Source: Nitrosopumilus sp. (GTDB lineage Archaea; Thermoproteota; Nitrososphaeria; Nitrososphaerales; Nitrosopumilaceae). From it: a stretch of DNA of 64,000 nucleotides. Positions 51,117 to 62,009 of the stretch are shown piece by piece. The first letter of the stretch is position 1. Every line of letters starts with the position of its first letter. The stretch covers positions 1,152,001 through 1,216,000 of the forward strand of contig OZ244650.1 of NCBI GenBank assembly GCA_965218785.1, read 5' to 3'. Both the position numbers and the translations under genes were made by a program. The notes beneath the pieces were generated by a model. It ran no database searches and had not been told where the DNA came from. It saw only the letters and a program-made list of their open reading frames with translations.

Positions 51117-51835
51117 CTCTTGCATTTGCATTACGTGGAAGTAATGGACTGGTTCTGGGTGCTGACAGTAGGGTTTCAAGTGCATTAGGAAGTGCGGATA
51201 CATCCACAAAATTCTTACAGGTAAATCGAGAAATAGGAATTTTAACTTATGGTCTAGCTGAAGTGGGATACAAGAGTATCCATTCTATAGTTGATCAGGT
51301 TAATGGTTATTCTGATTTTTCAGCCACGGCTACTCCTAGAATAGTGCATTTTTCTGAAATAACTAGGAAAACTCAAGAAATTTGTAAAAAAACTTATGAT
51401 GATATTGTAACAGAAATCAAGAAAAAAGACCCTAAAATAACTGATAGAGATCTAACTGTGGGATTCATACTTGCAGGATATGACGCTAATGAAACAAATC
51501 AATTTAAGATATATCATTTTGAAAGTCCAGACTTCAAAATAGAGGAAAGGCCGGGGGATATTATTGCTGCAAAATGGCATATTTCCCAATTTCTATCTAA
51601 CCATTTCTATTATCAAGAAATGGATGTAGAACAACTAAAACGATTGGCAAGTTTTATGTTAATTGAAACTGGAGTGATATCTACTTCTGTAGGAGGTAAA
51701 TTAAAGATTGCAACTGTAACATTAGAAAATGGTTTTCAATTACTTAACGAAAAAGAAATACAGGGGATTATTTCTGAAAATCAACCTCGTTTTGCAAAAT
51801 ATAGGAGAATTTTATTAGATAATTTACGATCTTAA
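51113..51835 (+). CDS. Proteasome beta-like Ntn hydrolase without propeptide
   Basis: M-T1-LAFALRGSNGLVLGA-D17-SR, K32, G46, FILAGYD, SVGG.L.IATVT..GF. Confidence 0.8.
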   Translation: MTLAFALRGSNGLVLGADSRVSSALGSADTSTKFLQVNREIGILTYGLAEVGYKSIHSIVDQVNGYSDFSATATPRIVHFSEITRKTQEICKKTYDDIVTEIKKKDPKITDRDLTVGFILAGYDANETNQFKIYHFESPDFKIEERPGDIIAAKWHISQFLSNHFYYQEMDVEQLKRLASFMLIETGVISTSVGGKLKIATVTLENGFQLLNEKEIQGIISENQPRFAKYRRILLDNLRS

Positions 51836-52447
51836 TTTCTTTAAAAATCAAATTTATGTAATTAAATTAAACGTATTTTTCATTTTCAAGTATGATACGT
51901 TGATCTTGCTGTGAATAAAATACTGCAATATCCACTGTATACACGCTTATGATGCCTGCCCCACACTCTCCTTTTTGGACGGCATCATCTGTTTCCACAA
52001 GAAACACAAGTGGACAGATAAGACGCAGATTTCTAGCACGAGAGATGATTTGATGGAAGAGTCATAATAATAATATACCACAAAAACAAGGTTGTACTAG
52101 CTGATGATTAATCAATAAACTAAGCTATTCCTGATAGATGATGAGTTTGCCGAATTATGAAGCAGAACCGTTTTTATGGCATATGATGCCAGACCCAAAA
52201 ACAAACAGTTGCAGACATCCTCAAGTTAAAAAAGACACCTTCAAAACCGCATTAAACATTTGGTACCACCAGATATGCCGTCATACAGAAAATGGCATGC
52301 AGACTACAAACAGGGTGGTTGCCTATCTTAGTTTCAGTCGTATTTGATCCTTCTCTCTCCCTTCTTTTTTACGCCGCATCAAAACGGCCATCAGATTCCA
52401 AACATCCTCGCTAGATACGCAGATCATAAAAACTCCCGGGGCATAAA

Positions 52448-52885
52448 TCAGACACCCATCGCCTCCTTGAGAAGGTTCCTTCTAATTAAAATGGGAATGT
52501 TATACAGCGATGCCAGCGCCATGGCATCAGATGCCCGATAGTTTCTCAATATCAGATCCTTCTTGCCTGTAAAGTACAGATTTGCCCGCAGCACCTTGCC
52601 GCTTTCATAGATTTTTACCTTGACTAGAACCAGTTCATTTTCTTCACAAATTTCCTCGATCATCCGATAAACTGACGGGATCTTCTCTGCCTGTTCCTTT
52701 CCATCAAAACTTGAGATGTGCCTTACAACCTCGCCGGAAAACGCGCGCATGGGAAACTCTTTTCCATCATCGGCCTTTAACACGGCGATCCCCTCAAGTG
52801 CATACGGATCAACAAACCCCACGTAATCAATCTTGACTGATTCATAATCAGGCTCCTGTGCTTGATTGATGTCCATGATATGCAT
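52448..52885 (-). CDS. Bifunctional nuclease family (DUF151) protein
   Basis: LVKVKIYE...ANLYF...RASDAMALA...PILI. Confidence 0.8.
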   Translation of the reverse strand: MHIMDINQAQEPDYESVKIDYVGFVDPYALEGIAVLKADDGKEFPMRAFSGEVVRHISSFDGKEQAEKIPSVYRMIEEICEENELVLVKVKIYESGKVLRANLYFTGKKDLILRNYRASDAMALASLYNIPILIRRNLLKEAMGV

Positions 52886-53004
52886 AACTGTGCTTTATAC
52901 TTATAAAGATAGCAAAATCTAGGGATCAGACGGGTAAAACAGCGCAAACTATTTTGTAACAATCAGGATTATGCGCAATACCAAATTATTTAAAATCCCC
53001 AATT

Positions 53005-54834
53005 ATGGATAGCTTGTTGTCGACAAATCCGGGGCGATCCGTATCATACGTGCTAAGCAAGTATGTTACAAAATACATGGATACAGACGTGCTGATACTT
53101 GATCAGGGTACATCCACAAGGGATGCCACCAGAATGCTGCAACACTACGAGACAGACGATATAGTAGTCACAGATAACAACAATCTTCCAGTCGGAATTG
53201 TAACAGACCAGGATATCCTAAGCAAGGTCAGTGATGTTACCGTTTACGCAGAGGCCACCACGCTCAAGGACATCATGAGTACGCCGCTTATCACGATCAA
53301 TGAAAAAGCAACGCTGCAGGAGGCCTTGAATAAAATGAGATCCAACGACATCAGAAAACTTCCCGTAATAACAAAAAAGAACCAGGTAGTCGGGATGATC
53401 CTGCAGACGGCCATCGCAAACGTGATTAGAGAAGCTACTGGCACCCCGCCGCGTCTTTTGAGCCCTCCTGTAAAGGCGGTTCTGGGAAACCTCGGGTTTG
53501 TCCTGCAGTTTGCAGGAGTCCTGCTGATAGTGCCTGCCATCGTTGCAACGCTGCTAGAGGAGACCACTACTGCCACCGGAATTTATCTCACCACGGTCCT
53601 TTTGCTAGTTACGGGATTCTTTTTGAACTCTTATGGCGAGAAATCAAGCCTTAATTTACAGCAGGCCTCGATTCTGGTCTTTTCAAGCCTGTTTCTGCTG
53701 TCGTTATTTGGCACCATACCGTATCTGTACGTGTTTCCCAGCGATGATACGGCAGTAGAGGTGTTTGGAAACGCGTTTTTCTCAAGCGCGGCAGGATTCA
53801 CAACCGGCGGAATCTCGTTGTTTGACGAGCCAGAAAACCTCTCGCAGAGCTTTACATTCTACCGTAGTTACACCCAGCTAGTCGGGGGCATGAGTTTCAT
53901 CTATCTGGTGATTACGGCGTTTTATCCCGAATCAAAGTTACAGTCCATGCGCGGTTTCATATCAGGAAGAACGCTTCACATGAAGGAGCTCTTTTCGACC
54001 ATCACCGTCATCTTTGCCGTATACATCATAATTGTTGCAACCCTGCTGTATATCCTGGGGGAGCAGGAGAGCCTGCTAGATGACTTTTCACTGGCAATGA
54101 GCACGCTGGCAACAGGCGGATTCATCCCGACATCAACGATTCTTGATGGGTTGCTGTGGCAGGAACAAGTCGTCTTGATGGGGGCGATGATACTAGGTGC
54201 GCTGCCATTTACGTTCCACTATGCGTTTGTCAGAAAAAAGTTCCTCTCACCAAAGCTTGGAAAGGAGGTCCTGACATATTTTTCAATACTGGCAGTGGCA
54301 ATAGTCCTGTTTACTGCCATCAGCGGCCTGGATCCCATACAGGGCGCGTTTTATTCCATATCAGCTAGCACCACAGCGGGATTACAACAGGAGAGTCTTG
54401 CAGGACTTGGAGGCGGGGCGCACACCATCCTGATAATTCTGATGCTTATCGGGGGGTGTGGATTCTCAACTGCAGGCGGCCTGAAGATATTCAGGCTGTT
54501 TCATCTGTGGGATGTCCGGGCATTATTTAGCAAGATAAAAAGGGACCAGTTATCAAGGCAGGCAAAAAAAGAGGTCATTGCAACTCTGATCATAATAGCG
54601 TTATTCCCCATAATCTCCGCGGTGACCGGGGCGCATCTTGCTGCCATCGAGGATGTGCCGTATCAGGAGGCGTTCTTTGAGGCAGTAGGAGTCATCACCA
54701 CCGGGGGGCTGTCTGCGGGGGTGATTGATTCAGATACGGATCCTGCAACAAAGATAGTTCTGGGGTTTCTGATGATATTTGGCAGGCTGGAGATTATTGC
54801 AATCATCTACATTTTCATCCCCAGGCTTAGCTAG
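53005..54834 (+). CDS. trkH: CBS-domain-containing TrkH/TrkG potassium transporter
   Basis: N-terminal CBS pair; four pore motifs TTGG/ATGG/TTAG/TTGG; GRLEI. Confidence 0.9.
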   Translation: MDSLLSTNPGRSVSYVLSKYVTKYMDTDVLILDQGTSTRDATRMLQHYETDDIVVTDNNNLPVGIVTDQDILSKVSDVTVYAEATTLKDIMSTPLITINEKATLQEALNKMRSNDIRKLPVITKKNQVVGMILQTAIANVIREATGTPPRLLSPPVKAVLGNLGFVLQFAGVLLIVPAIVATLLEETTTATGIYLTTVLLLVTGFFLNSYGEKSSLNLQQASILVFSSLFLLSLFGTIPYLYVFPSDDTAVEVFGNAFFSSAAGFTTGGISLFDEPENLSQSFTFYRSYTQLVGGMSFIYLVITAFYPESKLQSMRGFISGRTLHMKELFSTITVIFAVYIIIVATLLYILGEQESLLDDFSLAMSTLATGGFIPTSTILDGLLWQEQVVLMGAMILGALPFTFHYAFVRKKFLSPKLGKEVLTYFSILAVAIVLFTAISGLDPIQGAFYSISASTTAGLQQESLAGLGGGAHTILIILMLIGGCGFSTAGGLKIFRLFHLWDVRALFSKIKRDQLSRQAKKEVIATLIIIALFPIISAVTGAHLAAIEDVPYQEAFFEAVGVITTGGLSAGVIDSDTDPATKIVLGFLMIFGRLEIIAIIYIFIPRLS

Positions 54835-54907
54835 CATGATGGTAATCTTTTATCTGACGATATTCTAATCCATACAGGAATGATGCAGATGATTCTAAAA
54901 ATATAAG

Positions 54908-55642
54908 TTGTGCAAATCCCGGGAGAATACAGATGTTCGGAGCTGCATGGTCACGATGAAATTGAATAAAATATACGTTGGAATCATTGTATTATCTGTA
55001 ATTGTGGTATCTTTTGGAATCCTGTCATACCATGAAGAATCAGATTACGATGTACAGTATTTTACTCCTACAGTCAAATTGGCAGATGCACGAGCTGTGG
55101 ATATTATAACACCTCCAGAATTGTGTACTGACCTGTTAAATGATCTAAAAAAACAACATCCTGGCAAAATCAAGACACTACGTATGCTGCCTGATGGGTA
55201 TAAACTGACATCTTTTAGTGGTGATTTTAGTTTTGATTCTGATGGCATTTCGGCATTTACGTTTTATGAATCCGGAGATACTGAGTGTGGTTCCAGTATA
55301 CCCGGTAGTCCGTCTACCCATGGCATGATTAGCATAATGATACAAACATATGATGACTCTGAATTTGATACAATGGCACAACTAATTGCATGGGTTGCTG
55401 AAAAAATCCGTATAGAAAATCGCACCAATGTCATTGAAATCAATGGATATATGACTTGGGCCAAACCACCAAAACTTGCAACTGAAGAAGTTTTGTTTAA
55501 AAATGGAACCGTACTTCACACCCAAAAAGTTACACGTCCTGGTTATGTAACCGTGCTTGATGAAGAGAGCGACTTGGTATACCGGATTGAAGGCTATTTT
55601 TCATTGGATGATCTCAAAATAATGGCAGAATCCCTAAGATGA
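54908..55642 (+). CDS. Hypothetical exported or membrane-anchored protein (start probably near 54956)
   Basis: N-terminal TM; LPDGYKL and SLDDLKIMAESL (DUF4367-like) motifs. Confidence 0.6.
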   Translation: MCKSRENTDVRSCMVTMKLNKIYVGIIVLSVIVVSFGILSYHEESDYDVQYFTPTVKLADARAVDIITPPELCTDLLNDLKKQHPGKIKTLRMLPDGYKLTSFSGDFSFDSDGISAFTFYESGDTECGSSIPGSPSTHGMISIMIQTYDDSEFDTMAQLIAWVAEKIRIENRTNVIEINGYMTWAKPPKLATEEVLFKNGTVLHTQKVTRPGYVTVLDEESDLVYRIEGYFSLDDLKIMAESLR

Positions 55643-55752
55643 AAAGATTATTTTTATCTCTTGGTTCCATCCTTCTTGTGGGGTATCCCTGATGTCATGC
55701 AGACGACTGCATTACATTTTTTAATTAGTTCAGCACCAAAAGGATGTAAATT

Positions 55753-56690
55753 TCAAATTTTCTGTCCATTTAAATGAGGAATTATGGATTCGTTGAGAAA
55801 GTCCTCCAATTTGTTTTTAAATTCAATGAATTTGCCCTCATCTACATCCCGCAAAAGGAGATTCTTTTCATCGCCCCATCTAAATAATTCTCCGGACTTT
55901 AACAATTCTAGTTTTGCCTGTAAATTAACACGATATTTTCTATTCCAATTTGTGGAATGGTTTATTTTTTTAATTGAATTTTCTTGTATTTCAGATAGCA
56001 ATATGTCGAATTTCCCACATACCAAAAAAATATCCAAAAAATCTCGGGCCTTTATTCCCCGCCTAGTCATTATTGCACGAATTTTTTCACACAATATCTC
56101 TTCAGGTCTGTATACATGGAATTTCAGCTTCTCAAAATAGGGGTGTGATTATCAAAAACATAACTCAAACTTTCATCTTCTGAAACAAGGCTTGATAGGT
56201 CTCTTAATTCTGAATCATAACAGATACGTTCTACGAAATTGAATTGAATTTTTATCTCAGATAACTTTTTCTCAATTTCTGACTCGTATCTTACAAACAG
56301 GGTAAGCATTTTGCCTCCTCCACCAAATGCAAAATAACTGGGATTGTTTTTTTCAGCTTTAAAGTCAAGAGAAAATTTTACTGCGATTTTTTCAAAAAGC
56401 TTGCCTATCTGTTCTGCTTGAACAGATGTATACCTCTCAATTCCTTCATGGGATTTTCCAACAAATATGAACTGATCATTCCATGTAAAATCTAGATCTT
56501 CTGAGAATCTATAGTATCCCAAATATGCTTTTATTAGACAAGTTCCTCCTTTGAAAGTAAAATTATTTGAAAAATAGCCATCTTGGCACAAACAGGAAAG
56601 AATTTCATGCAATATTATGTCCTTTTCAAGTAGCGCCCTCTTCCGGATAGAAAACTTTTCAGATATCTTATTAATTAATTTCTCTCTCAT
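55753..56690 (-). CDS. AbiEii/AbiGii nucleotidyltransferase toxin, frameshifted
   Basis: LEKD, FKGGTCL...YYRFSEDLDF; EKIRAI..R...RDFLDI; one extra base in the run at 56140-56143 fuses the two ORFs. Confidence 0.8.
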
Positions 56691-57309
56691 GTAATATCTC
56701 CTGAATTACTTTTCTCGTAGTTTTTGGATAATGTTTTGAATATTTTTTCATTATATCCACGGATACGTTCAGACTCCAATCATATACATCTGAAATTATT
56801 CTTTTATTTGATTTTCCATTGTATTTTCCCAAATAAATAAAATCAAGGATTGTTTTTTCTGGATCAGAGAACTTTGTCATTCCATGTTTTTTTATTCCAA
56901 AACACATTAATTTTTTTGAAATTTTTATAAATCTGAATTTATGATCGTCTATTGTCATTGGATTTTGTCGGAATATCGAATCGCTGATAATATAGTCGAC
57001 TGTAAAAGTCTCATGTGTCATGTTATTAAATTTGAGTGCGGTGTAAAGACCACAATACCAATTTTCTACGCCCTTTATCTCAAGTCCTTTTGCAACTAGT
57101 TCAAGATGATTGTGTCTAGTATTACGAACAGGGGGAACTACGTGAAATATTCCTCGAAATATTCTTTGCAGGTATTTTTGTGCTTCAAGATATTTTATTG
57201 CATTATCATATTGAAATCCTGCAATCTTGCAGAATTCTTTTATCTCATATGCGGTGACAAATTCCTGTCCTCGGACATCCAATCTTTGCATGAGATCTGT
57301 GATCATCAT
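56671..57309 (-). CDS. AbiEi-type antitoxin/transcriptional regulator
   Basis: LQRIFRGIF, TAL...., SDPEKTILD; directly upstream of AbiEii. Confidence 0.8.
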   Translation of the reverse strand: MMITDLMQRLDVRGQEFVTAYEIKEFCKIAGFQYDNAIKYLEAQKYLQRIFRGIFHVVPPVRNTRHNHLELVAKGLEIKGVENWYCGLYTALKFNNMTHETFTVDYIISDSIFRQNPMTIDDHKFRFIKISKKLMCFGIKKHGMTKFSDPEKTILDFIYLGKYNGKSNKRIISDVYDWSLNVSVDIMKKYSKHYPKTTRKVIQEILHEREIN

Positions 57310-57503
57310 TTATATCACAATCTCTTATATCATATGCTATTTTAATATATATCATAATCGGTACTGTGTAATCGTCGGGATCTGATTATATCAGGTTCAC
57401 TGTAGAGTAATTGTAGCCATATCTTGTTTTTTCAATCTGCATGTCACAGATACCAATGGTATTGTTGATATGGTACCATTTTGTCAACTTTGGGTTCAAG
57501 AAA

Positions 57504-57677
57504 TTACGTAGCGGTTTCTTTTCTCTTGGCAAGGTACGGCTGCAGGTCTGATTTTATCTCTTCTGGAATGTCCTCGTATTTGAACAGTCCCATAGTAAGA
57601 CCCTGCAAAATGTTGGGCAACGTAAGCCATTCGGTTTTTAGATGGGGCGGACCGAATGTGTTTTTGTACCTCTTCAT
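57504..57677 (-). CDS. Small hypothetical protein (57 aa)
   Basis: Hand translation MKRYKNTFGPPHLKTEWLTLPNILQGLTMGLFKYEDIPEEIKSDLQPYLAKRKETAT. Confidence 0.45.
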   Translation of the reverse strand: MKRYKNTFGPPHLKTEWLTLPNILQGLTMGLFKYEDIPEEIKSDLQPYLAKRKETAT

Positions 57678-57763
57678 GATATAAAGTCTACACTCCCATT
57701 ACTTAATCATTATCACGGATTTTCGTGCATAATTTTTCCCTATCTCAAGTATTTTGTCTTCAT

Positions 57764-58078
57764 TTACTCCATGATTGATCGGATAGGATACATCCCGTAC
57801 TCGTATCCCTCTTGACTAGTCCATCCTCCAAACAATGGAAGCATGTCAATGCAGACAACCTGCTCATATGCAGGTTCCAAATCTTCAATGCCGTCCTTGT
57901 TGTTGGTAATAGCTATGATGTATAACGGATCCCTGCTGTTTGAGAACATCCTGTGCAATCTTTTGGCATGTATCGGATTTCCCACTGCGTCAAAACCTTC
58001 GCCCGTAGTTGGGTCAAATGAATAGTTTGCAAGGTCAGTGTCGTCTAGAAAATATTCAAGTCTCTTTATAGCATCCAA
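57764..58078 (-). CDS. Hypothetical protein (possibly 5'-truncated)
   Basis: 104-aa ORF next to a duplicated segment. Confidence 0.45.
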   Translation of the reverse strand: MDAIKRLEYFLDDTDLANYSFDPTTGEGFDAVGNPIHAKRLHRMFSNSRDPLYIIAITNNKDGIEDLEPAYEQVVCIDMLPLFGGWTSQEGYEYGMYPIRSIME

Positions 58079-58084
58079 ATATGG

Positions 58085-58168
58085 AGAACCTGCGTATTAT
58101 TCTGCATTTCTTTCATTAAGAAAAGAATTTAAAACAATTCCAGAACTTGTTCATTTATTATCATTAAA
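58085..58168 (+). repeat. 84-bp direct repeat (second copy 59371-59454)
   Basis: AGAACCTGCGTATTATTCTGCATTTC...TATCATTAAA, two mismatches. Confidence 0.9.
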
Positions 58169-58517
58169 TGGTGAGGACCCCCTCTAGAATGAGACCGCTT
58201 GCATACATACACTTTTTGAGCAAGTTGGGGGGTAAAACACCATTTCCAAATACCATACTCAAAGCAGAACTGACATGTCGAATCATTCCACCGGACACTC
58301 AAAAAAGGGTATTTGTGGCCACACGAGTTTGCAAGTTATCAGGATGTCGAGGCAGTCATTGCAGATGCATGCAGGATTACAACCACTCTAGGATCCATTC
58401 GGCACCGGGATATGTGACTCCTGAGGAATTCTTATCAGAAGGGGGGATGAGAAATAAATAATGGTAACTGTATGTAAAAACATGCAAAAAGCGTTCTCAT
58501 TAGAGGGGTCCACTCCA
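58169..58517 (+). mobile_element. Internally deleted IS3-family element with both IRs
   Basis: 5'-TGGTGAGGACCCCCTCTAGAATGAGA...TCTCATTAGAGGGGTCCACTCCA-3'; ESFHRTLKK and DYNHSRIHSA.GYVTPEEF integrase-core remnants. Confidence 0.9.
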
Positions 58518-58547
58518 ATATTTTAACTGGTCATGATGGTTTGAAAC

Positions 58548-58916
58548 ATGAAACCAACCTTAGATGATATAATTTCTAATTTGAACAATAAATTTAATGT
58601 CACAGATATCAAAACATTAAAAGAATTTCTTTATAATCTGATTCAGACAATAGATAATTTTGGCGAACGGTTCATCCAGGTTACAGATATGATAAACGAG
58701 TTCGTGAATACAAAAGCTAGTGGGTCTGAAAACAAAATAGATGTTTTCAGAGATGAGGAGATTGATGATTTTGAGTCAATAGCAATAGAGTGTTACATAA
58801 AAGGGGCAACTAGTATTCAGTGTATTCAATGGACAGATGAGGTTATTTCAAAAATAATTGGTATTGATGAAAAAATGTTAAATCTTCTTCAAATAGAGGT
58901 TATTCCTCATGAGTAA
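58548..58916 (+). CDS. Hypothetical protein
   Basis: 122-aa ORF with ATG start. Confidence 0.5.
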   Translation: MKPTLDDIISNLNNKFNVTDIKTLKEFLYNLIQTIDNFGERFIQVTDMINEFVNTKASGSENKIDVFRDEEIDDFESIAIECYIKGATSIQCIQWTDEVISKIIGIDEKMLNLLQIEVIPHE

Positions 58917-60702
58917 TTTGGATAATTTTACACCCTAGGATTATTCGGATATTAGTTCAAGTATTGATAAAATGAAAAATGGTGTTTGAACATAATACCC
59001 AAAAATTACCACAGATGATCAGGGCCTAGTCAAGGCACAGTCGAAACTTTTGGTTTCATGAAATATCATTACGCGGTACGGCATCAGTTGACTTTGCAGT
59101 AAATCCTTTTCAAAACGTTCTACCCATGAATAATTCAGTTGGGGCATTGCAGCAGATACTGCTATTTCCTGCACGTCCTTGTCGTGCATATAAAACATGT
59201 GTACTGCAAGTATTCATGGTTTTATTTTTGGATCTATTTCTTTTTTCTATAATTTTTTGAAATCTTCCTGTATGATTGATCTCATTGTTTTAAGACGTGG
59301 ATCGTGCAACCCGTCACGGAGATCCCCCCCCCCATACTGGATTCTAGTAATCTGATCACCAAAATGCATCAGAACCTGCGTATTATTCTGCATTTCTTTC
59401 ATTAAGAAAAGAATTTAAAATAATTCCAGAACTTGTTCATTTAGTATCATTAAACCAGATAATTATATAAAGAATCAGGGTTTTATGATACTAAAGTAAT
59501 TGTAACACCCTAACCTTAATTCATATCTTTTTTAAGGAAAGTTAGCATAAACGATACATGTCAGATATAAATTAAATTGATTCTCCCCCACTTTCAGACG
59601 AAGAAATTGCAGACATTAAGGAATTTTACAGCAATCCAAAAGTTCGCAAAATTGGGACAAAGAATTGCCTGACGAACTACACAGTGATTAAAAGTTGTGG
59701 GATCTAAAATGGGTAAATCAATTCACTAGGCAATATAAGAAACCGGATTCCAACACGCAACATATTGTAGATAATGCGCTTGCAGGTATTTATCCTCTAC
59801 AAATCCCTCCAGTCTTTGAGTGTACAAGCAAAACATGAGAACTTTTTCTTGTGATCTTTGCAAAAAATATCGTATAGGTATTCAATCCGATCCAATGGGG
59901 GAATCATAGACTGCTTCGGGTATGTGACCACAAGTCCGTCTATGGCAAAGACTAGCATCAGAATAATTTTTTTTCTTGCACCCAGCCCCACCGGATGTGA
60001 TGCTCCCAGTATCCCCTCCTCTCCCTCGGTAAACACGAATAACCAAGATGGAATGTCTTGAAAATAACTCAAGAACTTGTGATTGTCACTATAGATACAT
60101 TGGAGTGAGGGGTCAATTACGTACAACCTAATGTGAATAATTTGATTAAACGGATTTAGTGGGACGCTCAAGTATTAATAAAATTTGGAAATGAATTAAG
60201 CATGACACCTAACGCATTACTATAATCCAAAAACCTACTCATTGTCACGGTTAGAATACCACTCAAAGTATTCAAGCTCTTCTTTTGGCATTTTTGCCAC
60301 TGCCTCGGAAACTTCCTTGAACACTTTTGCTACCCATCCTTTTTCAAATTCTTTCATGTGTAATCACTGAATCCGTTTTATATAAGAATATCCTGTCATA
60401 ATTTTTCAACTTTGAGATTCTGATCGGCTAATATTTTTTCTAGTAGTTTGATCTCCTGTATCTCCTGGACATGAGGTGTGATGGATTCAACATGTCTCAG
60501 ATCGGCATTATCTGGCATCCATTTAATACTCCCTCCCCCCCCCCTGCAATCCCAGCACGAAAAATGACCAGGGGTAGTAGATCCGGTGCTGATGCTCCCA
60601 AGAAGATATGAGACGCATAGACACAAGTTATAAAATATGAATTTACACAGCTACGTCAGGAATTTGAGTGGGTTGCTTTAAAAATAGAGTGTTATCAAAA
60701 AT

Positions 60703-60864
60703 CTAGTCTTGGTTCCAGTTAGAAAACCGCTTAAAGTATTCACGCTCTTCTTTTGATAATTTTGCCACTGCCTCGGAAGCTTCCTTGAACACTTTTTCTA
60801 CCCATCCTTTTTCAAATTCTCTCAATAACCTCCGAATCCGTTTTATATAAGAATATCCCGTCAT
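60703..60864 (-). CDS. Small hypothetical protein; disrupted paralogue at about 60235-60398
   Basis: MTGYSYIKRI...EFEKGWVEKVFKEASEAVAKLSKEEREYF occurs twice at DNA level. Confidence 0.5.
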   Translation of the reverse strand: MTGYSYIKRIRRLLREFEKGWVEKVFKEASEAVAKLSKEEREYFKRFSNWNQD

Positions 60865-61186
60865 GGTTCTGTGTAGTTGTGGGGATATGGGCTTGAATTG
60901 CGATCTAATTTGAGTTGCCAAAATTTAATGTAAAAAACGATTCTGTCCCATAATCGAGGGCTAGGCACAGACACCAAATCACGATCTTCTCCAGATTGAA
61001 AATTTTTTGCCTGTTTGAAATTCAGACTTTGTGCTATTTTGAATATCTCTCCAAGTTCTGAAAAACAGTCTATGGAGATCACCCAAACCCATCACGTTTT
61101 TATTATATCTGCCCTCAAAATCATCGAGTGACAATCCAGCGTGTGTCCTGCTTTTCATATCCTGAAAAGCAGTTACATTATATTTT

Positions 61187-61669
61187 TTGTCTGATTTGAC
61201 TTCCATCATAGAAAATTTAAAGATGGGATTTATTTCAACAACAGGACACAACATGAAGAAACCATCTCGATCTACTACAAAAAAACGTACAAAAGAACAA
61301 ATTCAAAAGGCAAAATACAACGAAAAATGGGATCAAAACAATCCTGAAAAGAGAAGAGAATATTCTATAAATTATCTACAAAACAACTCTGAAAAAATAA
61401 GGGAACGTCACAGAGGATATTATCGAAACAATCCTGAAAAATACAAAGTCGCTGCTAAAAAATGGCAGAAAGAACACCCAGAAAGAGTCAAAGCCAACCA
61501 TGCCAAATGGAAGGAAAAAAATCCTGAAAAAGCCAATGAATATCAGATAAAATGGAGGAAAAACAATCCTGAAACGTCAAGAGAACGTGTCAGGGAATCC
61601 AAAAAAAAGGCTCGGGAGTTAGAGACTAAAAATAGGTTGCAGGCAAAAAAAATGAAGGGAAGGGGATAA
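61187..61669 (+). CDS. Basic NPEK-repeat protein (start possibly 61253)
   Basis: About six to seven [WY]xxxNPEK units, like linker regions of viral HNH proteins. Confidence 0.6.
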   Translation: MSDLTSIIENLKMGFISTTGHNMKKPSRSTTKKRTKEQIQKAKYNEKWDQNNPEKRREYSINYLQNNSEKIRERHRGYYRNNPEKYKVAAKKWQKEHPERVKANHAKWKEKNPEKANEYQIKWRKNNPETSRERVRESKKKARELETKNRLQAKKMKGRG

Positions 61670-61672
61670 TAT

Positions 61673-61894
61673 CTATCCGTTAAGGATACATGCTGCCAGC
61701 ATGAGACTCAGTGATAGTTGCTGTTCAGCAGTGGCATTTTCCACATCTGCATCAGTTAATTGCAGTGCTGCCTCACAATCCTGCTCCTGGATGATTTTAT
61801 CTAGATCAGGACCAGATGAAATACTCAGTGTTCCTACCCCTATCCCTATCGCAACTATGATAATAATCGGGATAATTATGGCGATTTTGTTCAT
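61673..61894 (-). CDS. Small membrane-anchored protein
   Basis: Hydrophobic N-terminus, two Cys. Confidence 0.6.
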   Translation of the reverse strand: MNKIAIIIPIIIIVAIGIGVGTLSISSGPDLDKIIQEQDCEAALQLTDADVENATAEQQLSLSLMLAACILNG

Positions 61895-62009
61895 TGTATG
61901 CAGGAAAGCACTTCCATTATTAAATTCGAGAGATTATCTCCAAGTCATATTTAGCTCAAATTATTTTACTATGGCAAATAGTTATAATCTGTAGTTTGTA
62001 GATGTTGTC

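Noticed and set aside
58168-58461. 97-aa ORF as an intact transposase
   Set aside because: Chimeric read-through of the IR and frameshifted orfB fragments
59559-59795. Possible RelBE-like toxin-antitoxin remnants
   Set aside because: Only weak fragmentary similarity with several frameshifts
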